NCBI RefSeq assembly: GCF_009914755.1
Contig: NC_060928.1
Direction: 5' to 3' (one strand)
DNA: 64,000 bases
DNA from: the human T2T-CHM13v2.0 reference genome, Homo sapiens
This document shows, one piece after another, positions 1 through 14,750 of this stretch. Numbering within the stretch: the stretch's first letter is position 1; each line of letters begins with the position of its first letter. Both the position numbers and the translations under genes were made by a program. The notes under the pieces were generated by a model. That model was not told the origin of the DNA. It was given only the letters and a program-made list of their open reading frames with translations, and did no database searches.

Positions 1-639
1 AATATGGACCTTGTTAGAAGGCTCCGGGAGGGTGTACCCCCAGCTCACATAGACACCTTTCTCTGTGACCTGCCCTTTTCTCATGGATAGGCAGAGGCAG
101 CCATGTTTGTACTATTTGGTTTCATCCTCCTGGCTATAGCTGATTGGACCCTGACCCAGGAAAAGCTGGTTAAATTCTTACCCCCAGGGGGTTAAGCGTA
201 TCTAGATTGGTATAGTTTGCTAGAAGTAAAATAAACTCAGAATCCTTGAAGATACCATCATTCATCATATCTATGGAAAAATAAAAAAAAAAGTGGTCTG
301 TTCAGAGATAAAGAGCTAAGAGTATTTGTGGTTCCTGTAATCTTTCTACTCCTCAGTTCTAGTCCTTTTTAAAGATCTGGCTATACTTGGGTTCTAGGAG
401 CTGTGTCAATCCTTCCAGTAAATTATTATGTCTTAAACTAGCCAGAATTGGTTTCTGTTACATGCAACTAAAAGAATCTTAAGTATTTTCAACTCAAATG
501 TGGGGCATGAAGTCTGTGTCTATACAAAAGACTATTAGACTGACAATTGGGGTATGCATCATCTCTGAGTTTGCTATCTCCTGGGTAGTTTCTTATGTCA
601 GAGATGTCCCAACCTCCTTCCATGGGGTCCACCTCCTGT

Positions 640-996
640 TATCTTCAGATCCCATCTAGATATCTGGGGAAATCACCAAAGGATCCCAAACTAGGAGTTA
701 CCTTAATTATTCTTTTCTCAACCTCTCTCCCAATCATCCAATCCCTCCTCAAATCTTTTTGGTTCTACTTCCAAAATAGATCCCAAGTTGATTCACTTCT
801 CTTTATTTGCAGAGTGGCTACCCTAAGCCATCAGTGCCTTTAGTCTGGATTACTGCAATGGCTTCTGAGGTGGCCTCTGGCCTCCCTGTATCCAGTTTGT
901 TCTCTCTCCTCTCCCAATACATTATCTACATGGCAGCTAGATTGATCTATTTGAAATGTAAATTAGATCATGTCACCTTCCTACCTGAAACATCCT
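640..996 (+). mobile_element. Old LINE2-like fragment (left part), interrupted by an LTR
   Basis: L2-type phrases (ccaatcatccaatcc...ttctacttccaaaatagatccc; ctggattactgcaatggcttct; aaatgtaaattagatcatgtcacc). Resumes near 1490. Confidence 0.6.
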
Positions 997-1485
997 GTAT
1001 TAGTTAGAATGCAGGCTGAGTTGATATAACAAAGAAACCCAAAATGCAACTGCTCAAGCAAAGGAAGGCAGATGGTTCAGGGCAGGCAGGTGGCCAAGTT
1101 ATGGACAGCCATGAAGGGACCCAGAGTCCTTCTATCTTGGTGCTCACCATATCATAAGGTGCTACCCTACACTCTCCAAAGTCAAAGCTGGCTCTCTAGC
1201 CAGATGCACACACCAACCGCTGAGATGAGGAAAAGAGAAAGTGGAGGGAGGGCACATGCTCAAACATTTTAAGAACTAGGTCCAGAAGCGGCATACATCA
1301 CTTCTGCACATGTCTTGTTGACAGGAGCTTAATCCTATGGCCACACATATATGCAAAAAAGACTGGAAAATGGACCTTCTAATCATGTGGGCATTTGCTG
1401 GCTAAAACTCAAACATTCTAGGACTGAAAAAAAGGAGAGACTGGATGGGTGGGGGCAGGGGGAGACAACTAGTAGTCTTTTCCAC
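997..1485 (-). mobile_element. Old ERVL/MaLR-type LTR (MLT1/LTR33-like) inserted in the L2
   Basis: Begins tgtattagttag; contains catcacttctgcacatgtcttgttgacaggagcttaatcctatggccacac, typical of reversed old MLT LTRs. Confidence 0.5.
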
Positions 1486-1489
1486 ACTC

Positions 1490-2080
1490 CCTAATGGCTG
1501 CCCATGCTTGCACAATGAAGTCTAAACATTTCATGATGGCCGCCAAGGGCATCTGGCCTCTCCCTATGTCCTCTTGCCACTCTTTCCTTTGCTCATGGGG
1601 TGGCACAAGGACCTCTCTTCTTTCTGCTCCTGGAAAATGCCAAGCCTGCTCTTGCCCTGGGGTATTTGCACTTGCTGTTCCTTCTGCCTAGAAAGCTCTG
1701 AAGTCATGTCACCACACGCCTAGCTCCTTCTCACCCGTTGGATCTCAGCTCAAATGCACCTTCCTTCGAGAAGCCTTCCCTGCTCTTTCTGTCTGCATTG
1801 CCCAGGCTCCCATGGCTTACCCTTCCCCGTCACTTTCCATCATTGTTCTTTGTTTTGTTGACTTTGTATCATTTTTAAATTCATCTGAATTTATCTTGAT
1901 AAATTCATCTTTGTTCGTATGGTCGCTTATTTGCTTATTTATCTGTTTCCCCCACCCCCGACCTTAGAATTTGAGCTTCCAGAGAGCAAGGACTTTGTCT
2001 GTCCTCTTTACCACCCTAGACCAGTACAGGGGACAGTACCTGGCTCGTGGTACAGACTCACGTATTGGCTAAGCGAATCA
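1490..2080 (+). mobile_element. LINE2-like fragment (right part, 3' end)
   Basis: tttgcacttgctgttccttctgcctagaa, gatctcagctcaaatg, gagcttccagagagcaaggactttgtctg, cagtacctggctcgtggtacagactca: characteristic L2 3' segments. Confidence 0.65.
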
Positions 2081-4786
2081 GTGGTCAGCTTGGATCTGGT
2101 ACCAGCATTCCTAAATAGAAGCTTTTCTCTTAAATTTTGGGAATAGTCTCCCATCCCTATCTTCTGTCTCCCAAAAGTGTCTTATCTTGCTAGAGACATG
2201 GCCCTGCTTTGATGGGTCCTGGTTCCTTGCTCTGGGGCCAAATCAGTGTCATTTGTTCTATAACCTCATCACCCACTGGGCCAATTCAATCTGCTTTCCA
2301 TTCCTGAGATGGGTATGAAACCTGCCTGCTACTTACATCCCTGGAAATGTGGGGGAATGAATCAGTTACCTGAAATAAGGGAATAATTTTTTATAACTGA
2401 TTTAATCATGTGCAGGATGACTTTCAAGCTGACTTTGATTAATGGATCTTCCAAACAACACCATCTCCTAACCCCCACACAGCCCTCCACCACCTCGTCT
2501 CCTGTGCACTTGGAGGAAGTTGAAGGGTGTAGTATTTATAACAAGCAAGTCTGAGTGCTAGAATTCCTGGAGAGTTACACAGGATGAGAACCTAGCCCGA
2601 TAATAATAATCCTAAATGTTATTATATGTCATTTCTCTGCGAAAGTCATCTAGGTAGCTCCCAAAAGGACCATGCAGGAAAAATTCCACTGTCAGCGTGT
2701 GCCAAAAGTCTTAATGAGGAAGGTTCAGGGGTTTTAATTAAAAAGGGCTCATTCAGTGGCCTTTCCCCAGTCAGAATAAAGTCTGTTCCTAACATATGTG
2801 CTGTGGCAGTCAATGCTGGGAAGATGATCTTGCCATCTTTAGGCCCATTTATCTAAGGAAGGCAGACTCCCAAGCCTATCCTGAGACATTGCTCTGCCCA
2901 AAATGAAATTCCATCCTCAACAGCCAACTTTGCTGAAGTATTGTCAGCCCCTGTGGAGGGAGGATAGCGAAGGTCCTGAACACCTGGAGAAAGCCATCCG
3001 AGGGGTGTTCCTTCTCAATAGTGCTTAATACAGTATTAAGCAAAGATTTCTCTGGATCATGAATAAGTGTGGCTGTCAGTATATCTGCCACTGTTGAGTT
3101 AAATAAAAATGGAAACATCAGAAAGAGCATTTAAAAAACCCCAGTAATCATTTTACCCATTACTTTACAAATAGGTTTCTACTTACTGATTCCTATGAGA
3201 ATAAAAATGCCATAAGGGGAGAAAAAAGCTCTTCTTTTTAAGTCAAGCTGGAGAATGAGTGTGTCAGAACACCCAGGAGAGATATTCAAGCTTCTAGCTC
3301 CATCTTAGATTGCAATCTGATGTCTGATGGGACCTGGGTCTCACTAGCAAGATATGGCAGGTACTTTTCAGCTGTTTTCTGATGGGAAGCCAAGCTGCGG
3401 AGTCGGGCGAGGAAGCTATGTGTACCTGCAAGTTCTGGTGGATGAGACCACAGGCGTTTGCACATCCTGCATGTTAAGCTGTTGACCTAGAGACCTGCAA
3501 AGTTCCAAGGAGCTCGTTTCTGCTCAGAGAAAACAGCTCTGATTGGCAATAGCAGCTAATGAATTCTTACTTGGAGGCAAACATTGACTTCACCTTTGAA
3601 CCCCAAAGAACCTTTGGAAAGCTCAGAGCTTTTTAAGGAATTTTACCTTCAGGCTGAGGATTTTAGGCCACATAACGTCAGTGGAATGATGAAAGGTCAG
3701 CATCCTAGTATCCTGCAGACAGAGGACTTGAGGAGTGTGGGGTCAGCAACCAGCCCCTCAAATGGGTCAGTGCTCAAGCCAGCTGCTAATCCCATTTAAA
3801 GACATTGCTAGCACTGAAGGTTCATGTGACCTCATAGATGCCATTGATGTTAGAATCAGAGAGGCTTGTGACCATTTCCTCTTGTTTTACTGAGGAAGAG
3901 GATGAGGATCAGGGAGGTGCCCATGGTCATTGTCTTGTTTACAACACAGCTCAAATATTTCCTGGTCAGAAATATCCAGGACTAGCTTTGGTGATGTGAC
4001 AGATAAATAGAGCCTAATATTTTGTAGTGAAAATGACCAGAAGCTCTGAAAACCAGAAGCAGATGCAAGTCCACAGGAAGCATGATTAGAATGCCCCTGG
4101 CACACCTGCTGTGGAACGCAAGGTGGGAGAGACTCAGGTGGGAGCATTCCTCACCTCCCACTAGGAGCATCTGCCCAAGGACTGATGCGCGCCTGGCCAA
4201 AATGTCTTGACATGAACTTCCAAGCATTGAAGGGAAGGCTGATGGCCCTGCAAGACATGGAAAGGAATGCCAGTTGTAGACTGCAGGCTCATCAGTGAGC
4301 GCAGGACTGTTGCCACTCAAGCACCACCACCACCATGGCCAGACGTTGAGAAGCAAGAAGACAGAAATAAAGAGGCAGAAAGAAGGACATGAAAACCTAC
4401 CTGATGGAACAATAGTGAAAAGTCCAGAGAGGCTTGCTCAGAACTCTAGCCTTTGTCACTTTGCAGGTTTATAGTTATTCCTTTTAGAGGGTTTTTATTG
4501 TGCATGTGTGTATTACCAGTGAATATTGAGCAAGCATTTACTGGGTATCAATTTTGTCTAAGGCACTATGCTGGAGCAGTGAATATGACACAATCCCAGA
4601 CTGGAGAATCTCTAGACAATGCCATGTGAAAAGTGCCGTAGAAGGAGTCTGAGGTGCCATAGAATGACAGTGGGAAGGGAGTACCAATGTCTAACTGCAA
4701 GAATCAAGCACTGCTTTAAAGAGAGTGACATATGTACTCAGTCTTCTACTTCACAGGGTGAAAGAATGGGGCTTTGTGTTCTAAGC

Positions 4787-5004
4787 CAGGAGTCAATATG
4801 CAAACTTTTTCTCTAAAGAGCCAGATAGTAAATATTTCAGGCTTTGCAGGTCATAAAATCTCTGTTTCAACTACTAGAGTAGTTGCAAAAGCCACTGTAG
4901 ACAATACATTAATGAACGGATGTGTCTGGGTTCCAATAAAACTTTATTTACAAAAACAGGCATCAGGTCAGAATAACCTGAAAGTCACAGTTCATCAACT
5001 GGTA
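4787..5004 (+). mobile_element. MER58A-like hAT-Charlie MITE
   Basis: caaactttttctctaaagagccagatagtaaatatttcaggctttgcagg and gttccaataaaactttatttacaaaaacagg; 8-bp TSD ttctaagc/ttctaacc. Confidence 0.8.
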
Positions 5005-6350
5005 TTCTAACCCCTTGATGAGCCAAATCCCATTTAATGCTCACAACAACCCACTTGGGTAGGTACAGATGAAAGAGAACTTAGGCAACTTGTCCAGAGC
5101 AATACAGCAAGTAAAGGGCTGAGGCAGGATTTGAACTCAGGCCATCTGCTTTCAGAGTCAAATCCCCAACCCCTCATGCTTCCCTTATTTTTAAGATAAG
5201 CTTATAAATAATCATCACAACATCCCCCAATCCCATTTCTTCCTCCCCTCTCTGTCCCTTCTGTCATTTCCTTGCTTCTGTGTTTTTTTTTTTTTTTTTT
5301 TTGCCCTTTATTTTTCGAAAACAAACAAACATATTTTTTGAACTTCTATAATTTGCCCAGCACAGTGCCAGGCACTTTGGAGAAAACATCAACAGAAGAT
5401 AATACAGAATCCCTGCATTCCGTTGGTTTATCATCCCATCAAAGACCCAAGGCACATAGAAAAGAATAAGAAAGTGTTGGGGGAGGCAGGAAGCCTCCTT
5501 CCTGCTCTGGGGAGCTTGTCCTAGGTAGAGGGGGTTCACCTGTGTGACTCAGCTGGCCATTCTCCATCCAGCTGTCCCCAGAAAGGAGGAGTGTGATGTT
5601 TTAACTGGAGAGCCATGAAGAGGAACAGGGCACACAGAACCACGCTCCCTTCCTTCCCCTTCCTGTTAGGAGCCAGGCTGCCCACAAGAAGTGCTTGCTT
5701 TGCTCTCTCCTCTGTGATCATTGGCAAGGGCGGGGATCTGTGCCCCAGGGAAGAGCTGTCCCCAGTGCTGCCTGTGACAGGGTGACTAGGCTGTGAATTC
5801 TGCTAGTCTAATAGCACATTTATCAACAATGAAGATGTTATTTTGGTCTCCACATGCCCTATTCTTTTGTCTTATTTCTCAATTAGTTTGTGACTTGCTG
5901 GCAATGCCTGGCATTATTAACCAGGCCTATTGAATCCCCCAACAGCTGATGCCAGAGAGCATGTGAGAAGTGCCCTCTGCTTCCCCCTTCCTCTGAAAAA
6001 AGGACACAGATTGCTGGTCAGAGTTTGGAGGAGGGAGAAGAGGTCTCTGTGGCCTTGGAGGGAGGTTAGGAAGCTTGGATAGCTTCACTGAGGAAACAGA
6101 CAAGTCTTCAGGGAGAAATATGGTTCAGAAAGGCTAATCTTAGAGCACATGTTTGTTGCTGTTTGGAATCAGGACCTCGAGGTCCCCATACTTCGAAGAA
6201 TTTTCTCAGGACCTCTTCTCTGGGAAGAAGAAATTCTGCCTCAGAAACTTTGTATGGACACAAAGGATGATTTTAAACGTCCAGAGTGTGCATTGAATGA
6301 TAGAAACTTAGAATTAGAAGGAACTGTAGAGATAATTGTATCTAATTTTA

Positions 6351-6545
6351 CAGCAGTGAATCCCAAACATGGGCTGCCTCAGAATTACCTGGGGAGTTGA
6401 AAAAATATGGATGTTTAATTGCCACCCCTGGAGATTCTGATTCAGTAGTTCTGGGGCAGCCATGGTGATGGTGGTGGTGGTAGTGGTGGTGGAGTGGTAT
6501 TTTAACAAGCTTCCCAGGTGATTAGGCAGTGAGGTTTGGTACACC
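6351..6545. mobile_element. MER5-like hAT MITE with internal (GGT)n expansion
   Basis: cagaattacctggggag...ggagattctgattcagtagttctgggg...tttaacaagcttcccaggtgatt; GGT run at about 6463-6498. Confidence 0.65.
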
Positions 6546-6597
6546 TGGCAGGTGATCACCCAACATTCATCTCAACACTCCCAATGATTGGACTCAC

Positions 6598-7559
<962 letters not shown>

Positions 7560-7631
7560 TGATACACAAAGAGGCTTCGTGTCATGTTAGTTACACCTGT
7601 GATGCCAATGCCCAGTCTGCGTGAGCACATG

Positions 7632-7846
7632 GTCTCTCTCTCTCTCCTTAGAATCTTTCTTTTTTCATTCTTTTACTTTCTCTCTTTCTCTCTGTCCTTC
7701 TTCCTCTCTCCTTCCCTCCTTTCCTTTATTGTATCTCCTCTCTCTGTTGTCTCCGTTTTTTCATTTCCTTTTTCTCTTTCCTTCTTTCTTCCTCACTCTC
7801 TTTCTTTCTTCTTTATTCTCTCTCTCCTTCCCTCCCTGCTGTTTCT
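7632..7846. repeat. CT-rich polypyrimidine low-complexity tract
   Basis: About 200 bp almost entirely C/T on the + strand. Confidence 0.9.
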
Positions 7847-7857
7847 TGTGTGTGTGC

Positions 7858-7891
<34 letters not shown>
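7847..7891. repeat. (TG)n microsatellite with CG interruptions
   Basis: tgtgtgtgtgcgtgcgtgtgtg... Confidence 0.95.
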
Positions 7892-7894
<3 letters not shown>

Positions 7895-8653
7895 AAGAAG
7901 AACCTGGGAGACAGAGTTTTGTTTTAAAGAGTATTACTCCTAACATGTATATGTACTATGTTTTGGAGAGCCTTGCCTCTACCATGTATAACAGGATGTC
8001 AAATGTAGCTTTTATTTTGTTCTTTTTAAGTTTTGAGTTTTGGCCAAGGACTCAAAGTCTGAGAACAGGAGATGTCCAATCACCCATAGAAGAAATGTCA
8101 AGGGATCGTGAAGCTGATTTTGCAACCCTGAGCTTATGGCCCACCTTGGGGTATATAAGAAATCCTTAAAGATACAAAAATCAGAAGGAGAGGATTTCTT
8201 TTGAATGAGTTGTTAGGGTGCTGGGAGCTTCCCTCACCTAAAGCCGAGTGAAGATGGCTTCAGGTACCTCTCAGGGGGCTGACATGAGTCCCTGAACATT
8301 TGGAGTCTCCAGGCAGGTTCTGGCTCCTCAGGCATGTCTGAAAATCAAAAGCTAGAGACTGGCTGGGCAGTTGGCCAGTGGCAGAGTGGAAAGAAGGCTG
8401 CTTGGCGAAGAGCTCACCACTCAGAGTCGTGCTTCCTGAGCACCAGTGTTGACCACACCGAAGATATCTGACTGCCAGTCATCTTGAGGGACTCTGGCCA
8501 AGGTGACCCCTGGATGGCAGTGTGCCGCAGCAGAAGTGTGGGGGACGGAGTCGGGGACTGCCTGGTGCTGAGGATGTCATAAGAGGCAACATTGCTCAAA
8601 TTAAGGGGAATAGAATCTCCTTGCTGTTGGCTCCAGAATCCATGCTCTGCCAC

Positions 8654-8850
8654 TTTTTTTTATTGCTTTTTTGTTTTGTTTTGTTTGAGATAGGGTCTCA
8701 CTCTGCCGCCCAGTCTGGAGTGCGATGGCGCCATCTAGGCTCCCTGCAACCTCCGCCTCCCAGGTTCAAATGATTCTCATGCCTCAGCCTCCAGAGTAGT
8801 GGATTTGCTGCCAGTGCTGGGATTACAGGCATAAGCCATTGCGCCCGGCC
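8654..8850 (-). mobile_element. Internally deleted Alu (monomer length)
   Basis: Right-arm sequence joined to the Alu 5' end through a short filler; TSD atgctctgccacttt at 8642-8656 and 8851-8865. Confidence 0.9.
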
Positions 8851-11800
8851 ATGCTCTGCCACTTTCTAACTGGGCAAGTTACATACTACCCTGTGCTTTA
8901 AAACCCCCACCTGTACTATACAAGTCTATGTCCAGGGAGCATCAGCACTAGATTACACCCATACAGGTCTTTCCAATTTTCCCCTCTAATCCTTTCTGCC
9001 CTGGGCTTAAGCCTGAGGGCCTTGAACTAGACCCTGTGAGTTGGAGGGGAAGTTAGGGAGAAAGGGGGTTTCCTCCTCACTGCGATGTTCCAGGCTCCTC
9101 CTTCTTCCCCCAGCCCTGCTCCAACAAGTTTCCCAAACTACAGCAGGCCCAAGCTGGGGGGAAGGAGGGAACATTAAATAAATACAATAGAAATCAAAAG
9201 TTGAAATACAGGCAAGAGATTGCATTGGTCTGGCCTAGAGTTGGTATCTGGGTGTGACTGGAGGAGTTGTAAGATCTGCCTGGATGTTTTCAGAGTGGAG
9301 AGGACCAGGGCCACAGGGAGCTCAGGTCAGCAGGTTGCTTCCTGCTTGCAACCAATATATCCAATAAGCTCATTCAATAAATGCAAGTGTAGAGACTGTT
9401 TTGAAACTGGCTTTTCTGGCAATTACTTTTAATTCTGCCCACAGGCCTTTGGAACAGAGAAATGTCTTTCAAATCTTTCACTTCATAGAGTGGGTAAGCA
9501 GTTGTATTATTTCTGGGGGTAGTCACTTCCCCTCCATGACATGCGAATATTGCTAGAAATATTAGAGTTTCCGATTTCTCTAGGAGAAATCTGGGCATTT
9601 TCTGGAATGGGGAAAGATGAGACATGCTGGCCTCAATGCAAATTGTCTATGAGGCAGACTTTCAGAACCGTTTTGGTAGCTCTGATTTTTGACAAAATCC
9701 ATTGCTAGGTTATTCTGCAAGTTATGGGAATGTTTCTGGGTTTTTCTAAGTGTTTGGGCAACTCCTTATTCTTGGGCAATTTTCTAATTTTATTTATTAT
9801 TATTTTGTTGTTGTCATTCCTATTTTTCTAGGAGATCTTCCTGTGGCTTGAAACTTCTAGCTAATATTTAAAGTTGCCCCTGAGTCACGTGCCTTCCTTT
9901 CCTAACTGTTCAGGTATCTTTCATTTTGGCAAATGACGGTTACCAGCTGTGATTAAAATATGGAGCCAATGCTTTAGGACTGACACAGAGGATAGTCTTC
10001 CTGCAGGACAGATGGCACCTCCGGCATTACTCAGACCAGCCATCTAAGCCCATGTTGCTTTGGATGTGTGCCTGAGGTCAAGGGTCCAACCAACTCATGA
10101 GTAGGCCCCAGGCCAGTTTACCAGATGGATGAGGATGAAAGGCAGGGCCTGGAGAGAGTCTATGCACAGGGAGGGGTTGCAGCGTTTTACTGTCTCCCTA
10201 AAGAGGTCTTCATACTTAATGCAAAAATTATGGTTTACCGTGAGAGTCAGGCATTTAAAGAGAAATTTCTGCCCATTCTGTCAAATGCCCTCAGACATGG
10301 AATCAAGTGAGAGAACTCTGAATATTAGCCTTTATCTGAATTGACCAAAAAAGGCTCTCTAGGGACAGAAAACTGGAAGTTTGAATAGTCTGCTAACTAC
10401 CTCTGTCATGGCAAATCCTGAGGGTAGAATGAGCACGCAGACTGCATGGACCTGGGCCATTGGGACACTGGAGTGATGGCCCCAGATGGCTCTGTGGACA
10501 GATTGGGGACTATGGGGAGGGCATCCCAGGGCAGAAGAAATGGGTCTTCAAGACTATGTTTCTTCCTGTTTTAGTGCATTTTTCACCTCTTCTGCAAAGA
10601 GTTTGTGCCATAAATACCCTGTCTTTTGTACAGCTGACATTGGAGTTGTCTCTCTGTGTGGCAATTGGCTGGCCCTGGGTCCTGCCAATAAAGTAATCAT
10701 GGGGGCCCTTGCAGGGAGGCAGGGCTGGGATAATAAGAACATCATGTGCTGATCTGTGGATCTAAATTTATTTTTGTTGAACAGGCAACATGCTTACCTG
10801 GCCAGGAAAGTTGGAAATGCAAGGCTAACGATATCTGCATTCCAAACACCTAAATGAATTTCTGGGAAAAATTGCAGGCAGCCTTCAGGGTTTTGTAGAT
10901 GGAGAAGGGAAAGGGACCCTGTGCAGACAAGAGAGCTAGGGCAGGACCCTACTGATGGCAAAGGAAATGTACCATGAAAGGCACTTATTCTTCCCTGTTC
11001 CAGGTGACAGGAAAAGAAGACTAGAAGGAGAGCTGAGGAAACTGATATCTATGCTTTTCAGACCTAGTTCTGCCTTAGGCTGTATATCTGAGTTTGAAAG
11101 ACACGATTTCCTCCACCCAGAGAAGGTGTCTTACAACAATGTGAACCATGCAATAGGATAATCAAAGAACCATTTGATAGAAAAGTCGGGAAGCCGGTGA
11201 GCCCCAGCGTCACAAGTGTTCCCTAGCTGGGCATCACCTTTATAAAAGTATGGATGTGTGGAAAGGTACTTATGCCACATTCAATGCTGCACTCATAGCC
11301 CTGATTATTTAGATCCTATGCAGAACTTATTGAACAAACCTAATATTTGCTAGAGATTATCCTCAGCACTTTACCATTGTCAACTCATTTAGTTCTCATA
11401 GCAACCCTATGACATAGGTACTATGATCATTCGTGTTTTACAAATGAGAGATGAAGTAACTTCCACAAGGTCCTGTTATCCCAGAGTACATAGCTAGTGT
11501 GATGCAGACTGGGATTTTAACCTGGCTCCATACTCCAAACTCTCAATAATGAGGTTTTGTTTTATACCCCATGACTATAGCTAATTAGCAATGCACACGT
11601 CTTTAGGCCTTTCTCTTCTATTAGATGAAGAGCTGCTATGGACAAGAATCATGTCTGGTTTAACCATTGTTCCTCCCAGCAAGTAATGCCTGGTACCCAG
11701 TTGGCAGTCAATGAATGCGTTTGCAAACCACAACCCTAGGCACCACTGGCCATGCCATTATCTCCTTCAGGGCACGGGCTGTAGAATGAACAGCTTCCGT

Positions 11801-14554
11801 TCTTATTTTGCACCCCAGCTACTACGCAGATGGTTTGCCGCAGTGCTCGGGCTGTATACCCTTGACTTCTCCTGACTGTTTATTATTGTAGGAAGCAGCT
11901 CTGGGCAAACAGCCGGCTTCCAACTAGGTGACCCACCTCTTGGGTCTGTCTGTTCTCACCACAGGTAGCCACCCATGGCAAGCCCCAGTGCTTCCAAAAG
12001 CACCCCCTCCCTCAGGATTTCTCTCCCCTGCCCCTGGGAAGTTGCCTAGCAACCTCCTTTTCCCCCCTCCCCATGCGCAGCTCCACTCTCATTTTCCTCA
12101 CCCCATCACCACTCCTCAAGTTCTCTTCAGTGTCATTAACCCCTGCATCTCTCTGCTTCATCATCCCGTTATCAAACTTTGCAGGGACTCCATTTTCACA
12201 ACAAGCTCAGCCTGACCCAGAACGCATCCCGTCATTTTCTTGTCTTTTACAGTTTTGTAGGATTCTTCATAGCATACTTTTAATATTAACCTCAATATCA
12301 GACTGCCAAAGAAAGAGGCAAAGGCAACATGTAAACAAAAACAAAGAGAAAATAACCCAAACACAAAAAAAATCATGATTGGAATTTCCTAAGGGGTTTA
12401 TTCAAGCTTCAGATAACTTTTTCCCCTTTAAAAGAGTATTATGTCATCCTGTCACATGTACCATATGATATGACATAAAGGTGAGATGGCATATCATATG
12501 ATTAATTAACATAATATAATACAGTATGATATAATATAGAATAGTATAGTATAAAAAAGTACATGGAACATTTTTACTTATGCTGGCACCATAATATATG
12601 TTTTCCCTGTTGCCCTGCTTCAGAGCCTGGAAGAAAGGAAAGCTCCTAATTTTCTTTCTGTCTGGAAGGCCATCCACCCACAGGTAGCATGGTGTTGCTG
12701 GCACATTTGCCACGGTTTTGCCTGCTGTTGGCCAAAGGCATAGTCATTCCAGGCAGTCAACAGGTGATGCATTGCCAACTCCACCTCCTCTATAGAGAAA
12801 CACAGGTTATCTGAAAAATAGAGAGAGTCACCCCTTTTCTATACTGGGCCAGGACATCTACTTGACATCAGCCCTGAGCTTTCACTAGCAAGTGTGCATC
12901 TCTCATTTCTGGCTTTAGGCTATATTTCATCTACTAAACAGAGAAAAATGCAGGGTACCACCATGGCCATGCTGTCAGGAGGAGTGAGCATGCAGGGCCC
13001 AGGGCTTTGTTTCACCAAGAACACAACTCTCTGCCTTCTATGGCTCTTAACTGGCAGCCTCCAGAGTGCCAAGTTGTGTAGACTAGGACTCAAAGGAACA
13101 ACAATACTATAAGGGTCCCCAGTGCTGCCTGCTATCTAGAATGATCCTCAAACTTAGGAGTCCCTCTGAGTTTTCCAACCTCATGGGGCCTTAGGCTGGA
13201 CCTTGTAATCTGAGCAGAGCAGACTGGGAGGGAGGCATGGATACCTTTGAGATAGCACAACTAGGTGTGCCTTTGACATTTGTGGACGTAAGCATACGAA
13301 CGGGATTTCAGACCCATTCAAGATCATAATGTACAGTTGTTTAGGTTGCACACTGCACAGCCTCTACAATCAAATTGGGGTAGCTCTGGACCTTTAAAAG
13401 CTCACTGCTGTTCCATCATAGGGAGTGTCTTTTACTCCTCCATTTCATACTATCATTTTTTCTTTCAGATCTGCTCTACCTGAACAAATAGCCATTTTTA
13501 TAACTACATGTGCATCATATTTGAATGTAAAATCAACTCAGAAACTTTCCAATCTGTATCTCTTATTTTTACTGAGGACTAGTAGAGAAGAGGTAATGCA
13601 GAATGCACTCAGACCTGAGCCCAGCCTCACCTTTCCCTGGCTAAATCTAGACTTCCCAGTTCTCTTTCTCTCTGAGTGCACAGTCCCATGTCTAAATCCA
13701 GATCAGACAGCAGAAATATAGGAGCGGGCAGCTGGGAGAACCTGAATCCCAGGTCCAAAGAGACCGCCACAATTTACTAGTAAGAGTCTTTATCCAAATT
13801 CCCCCTCCTCATGGTAGTTCGTTTCGATGGACTTGTTATTCTTTATCTCTCAGGTTCAGAAGACTGTATTCTGTTAAAATTGCTGCCATAATCCATGCCA
13901 GGAGAGTTGGAGGGCATGGATGTGGCAAGTAGTGATTTTTGCATACAAATTTTATATCACATGTTATAGAATTAATTATTCACTACAGTTGTTCATTCCT
14001 TCAGGATTTCTTTCCAGGTGTAATTGTCGAGTTTTGGGAGAAACTTTACTAAATGCCATAAGAGAAGAAATGTCTTGTCACCCTTGGGGAAGGTGGGTTT
14101 AATATTAGTTTTATATTATTTTATTATTATGTTAATAGTAATAACTACTACTTACTGGTGCCTGCCAAATGAAAGAGGCTTAGATAAATGGTTTATATTA
14201 ATTTTCTTACTTAGTTTTCACCACAACCCTATGAAGTAGGTACTACCTTTCCCATTACGCAGATGAGAAAACCAAGGTTCACAGAGGCTAAGTAACCTCT
14301 GGTGGCTGGTACTCATCCAGGTGTCAGAACCTAAATGCCTCTTTCCAGATGACTTAAAGTTAACTTTAATAATTCATTCTGCTCTGAAGCAATTATGTTC
14401 CTAAAGCAGAAAAATCCACATCCAATTTTATTTTCTAGATTATGAACCTAGAAACACTGCTAATTATGAATATGGGCAGCAGCAGCTGGGAATTATACCT
14501 CCCTAAACATTTCAAGTTCTCTGGTTAATATATTGGATTTTTTTTCCTATAACA

Positions 14555-14750
14555 TTATTTTTATTTTACTTTTTAAGTTGACAAATAATAATTGTACATA
14601 TTCATGGGGTACATAGTGATATTTTAATACATGTAATATATTGATCGAGGTAATTGTTATATCTATCATCTCAAACATTTATCATTTCTTTGTGTTGGGA
14701 ACATTCAACATCCATCTTGCCATTTGAAACAAGATATTATTGTTAACTAA
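14555..14750 (-). mobile_element. L1MA-type 3' end fragment
   Basis: ttgacaaataataattgtacatattcatggggtacatagtgatatttt...atcatctcaaacatttatcatttctttgtgttgggaacattcaa. Confidence 0.8.

Noticed and set aside
2876-3130. Minus-strand ORF (…DPEKSLLNTVLSTIEKEHPSDGFLQ…) with an acceptor-like AG near 3091
   Set aside because: The peptide is not recognised and no partner exons were identified. It cannot be supported without a BLAST or PhyloCSF result.
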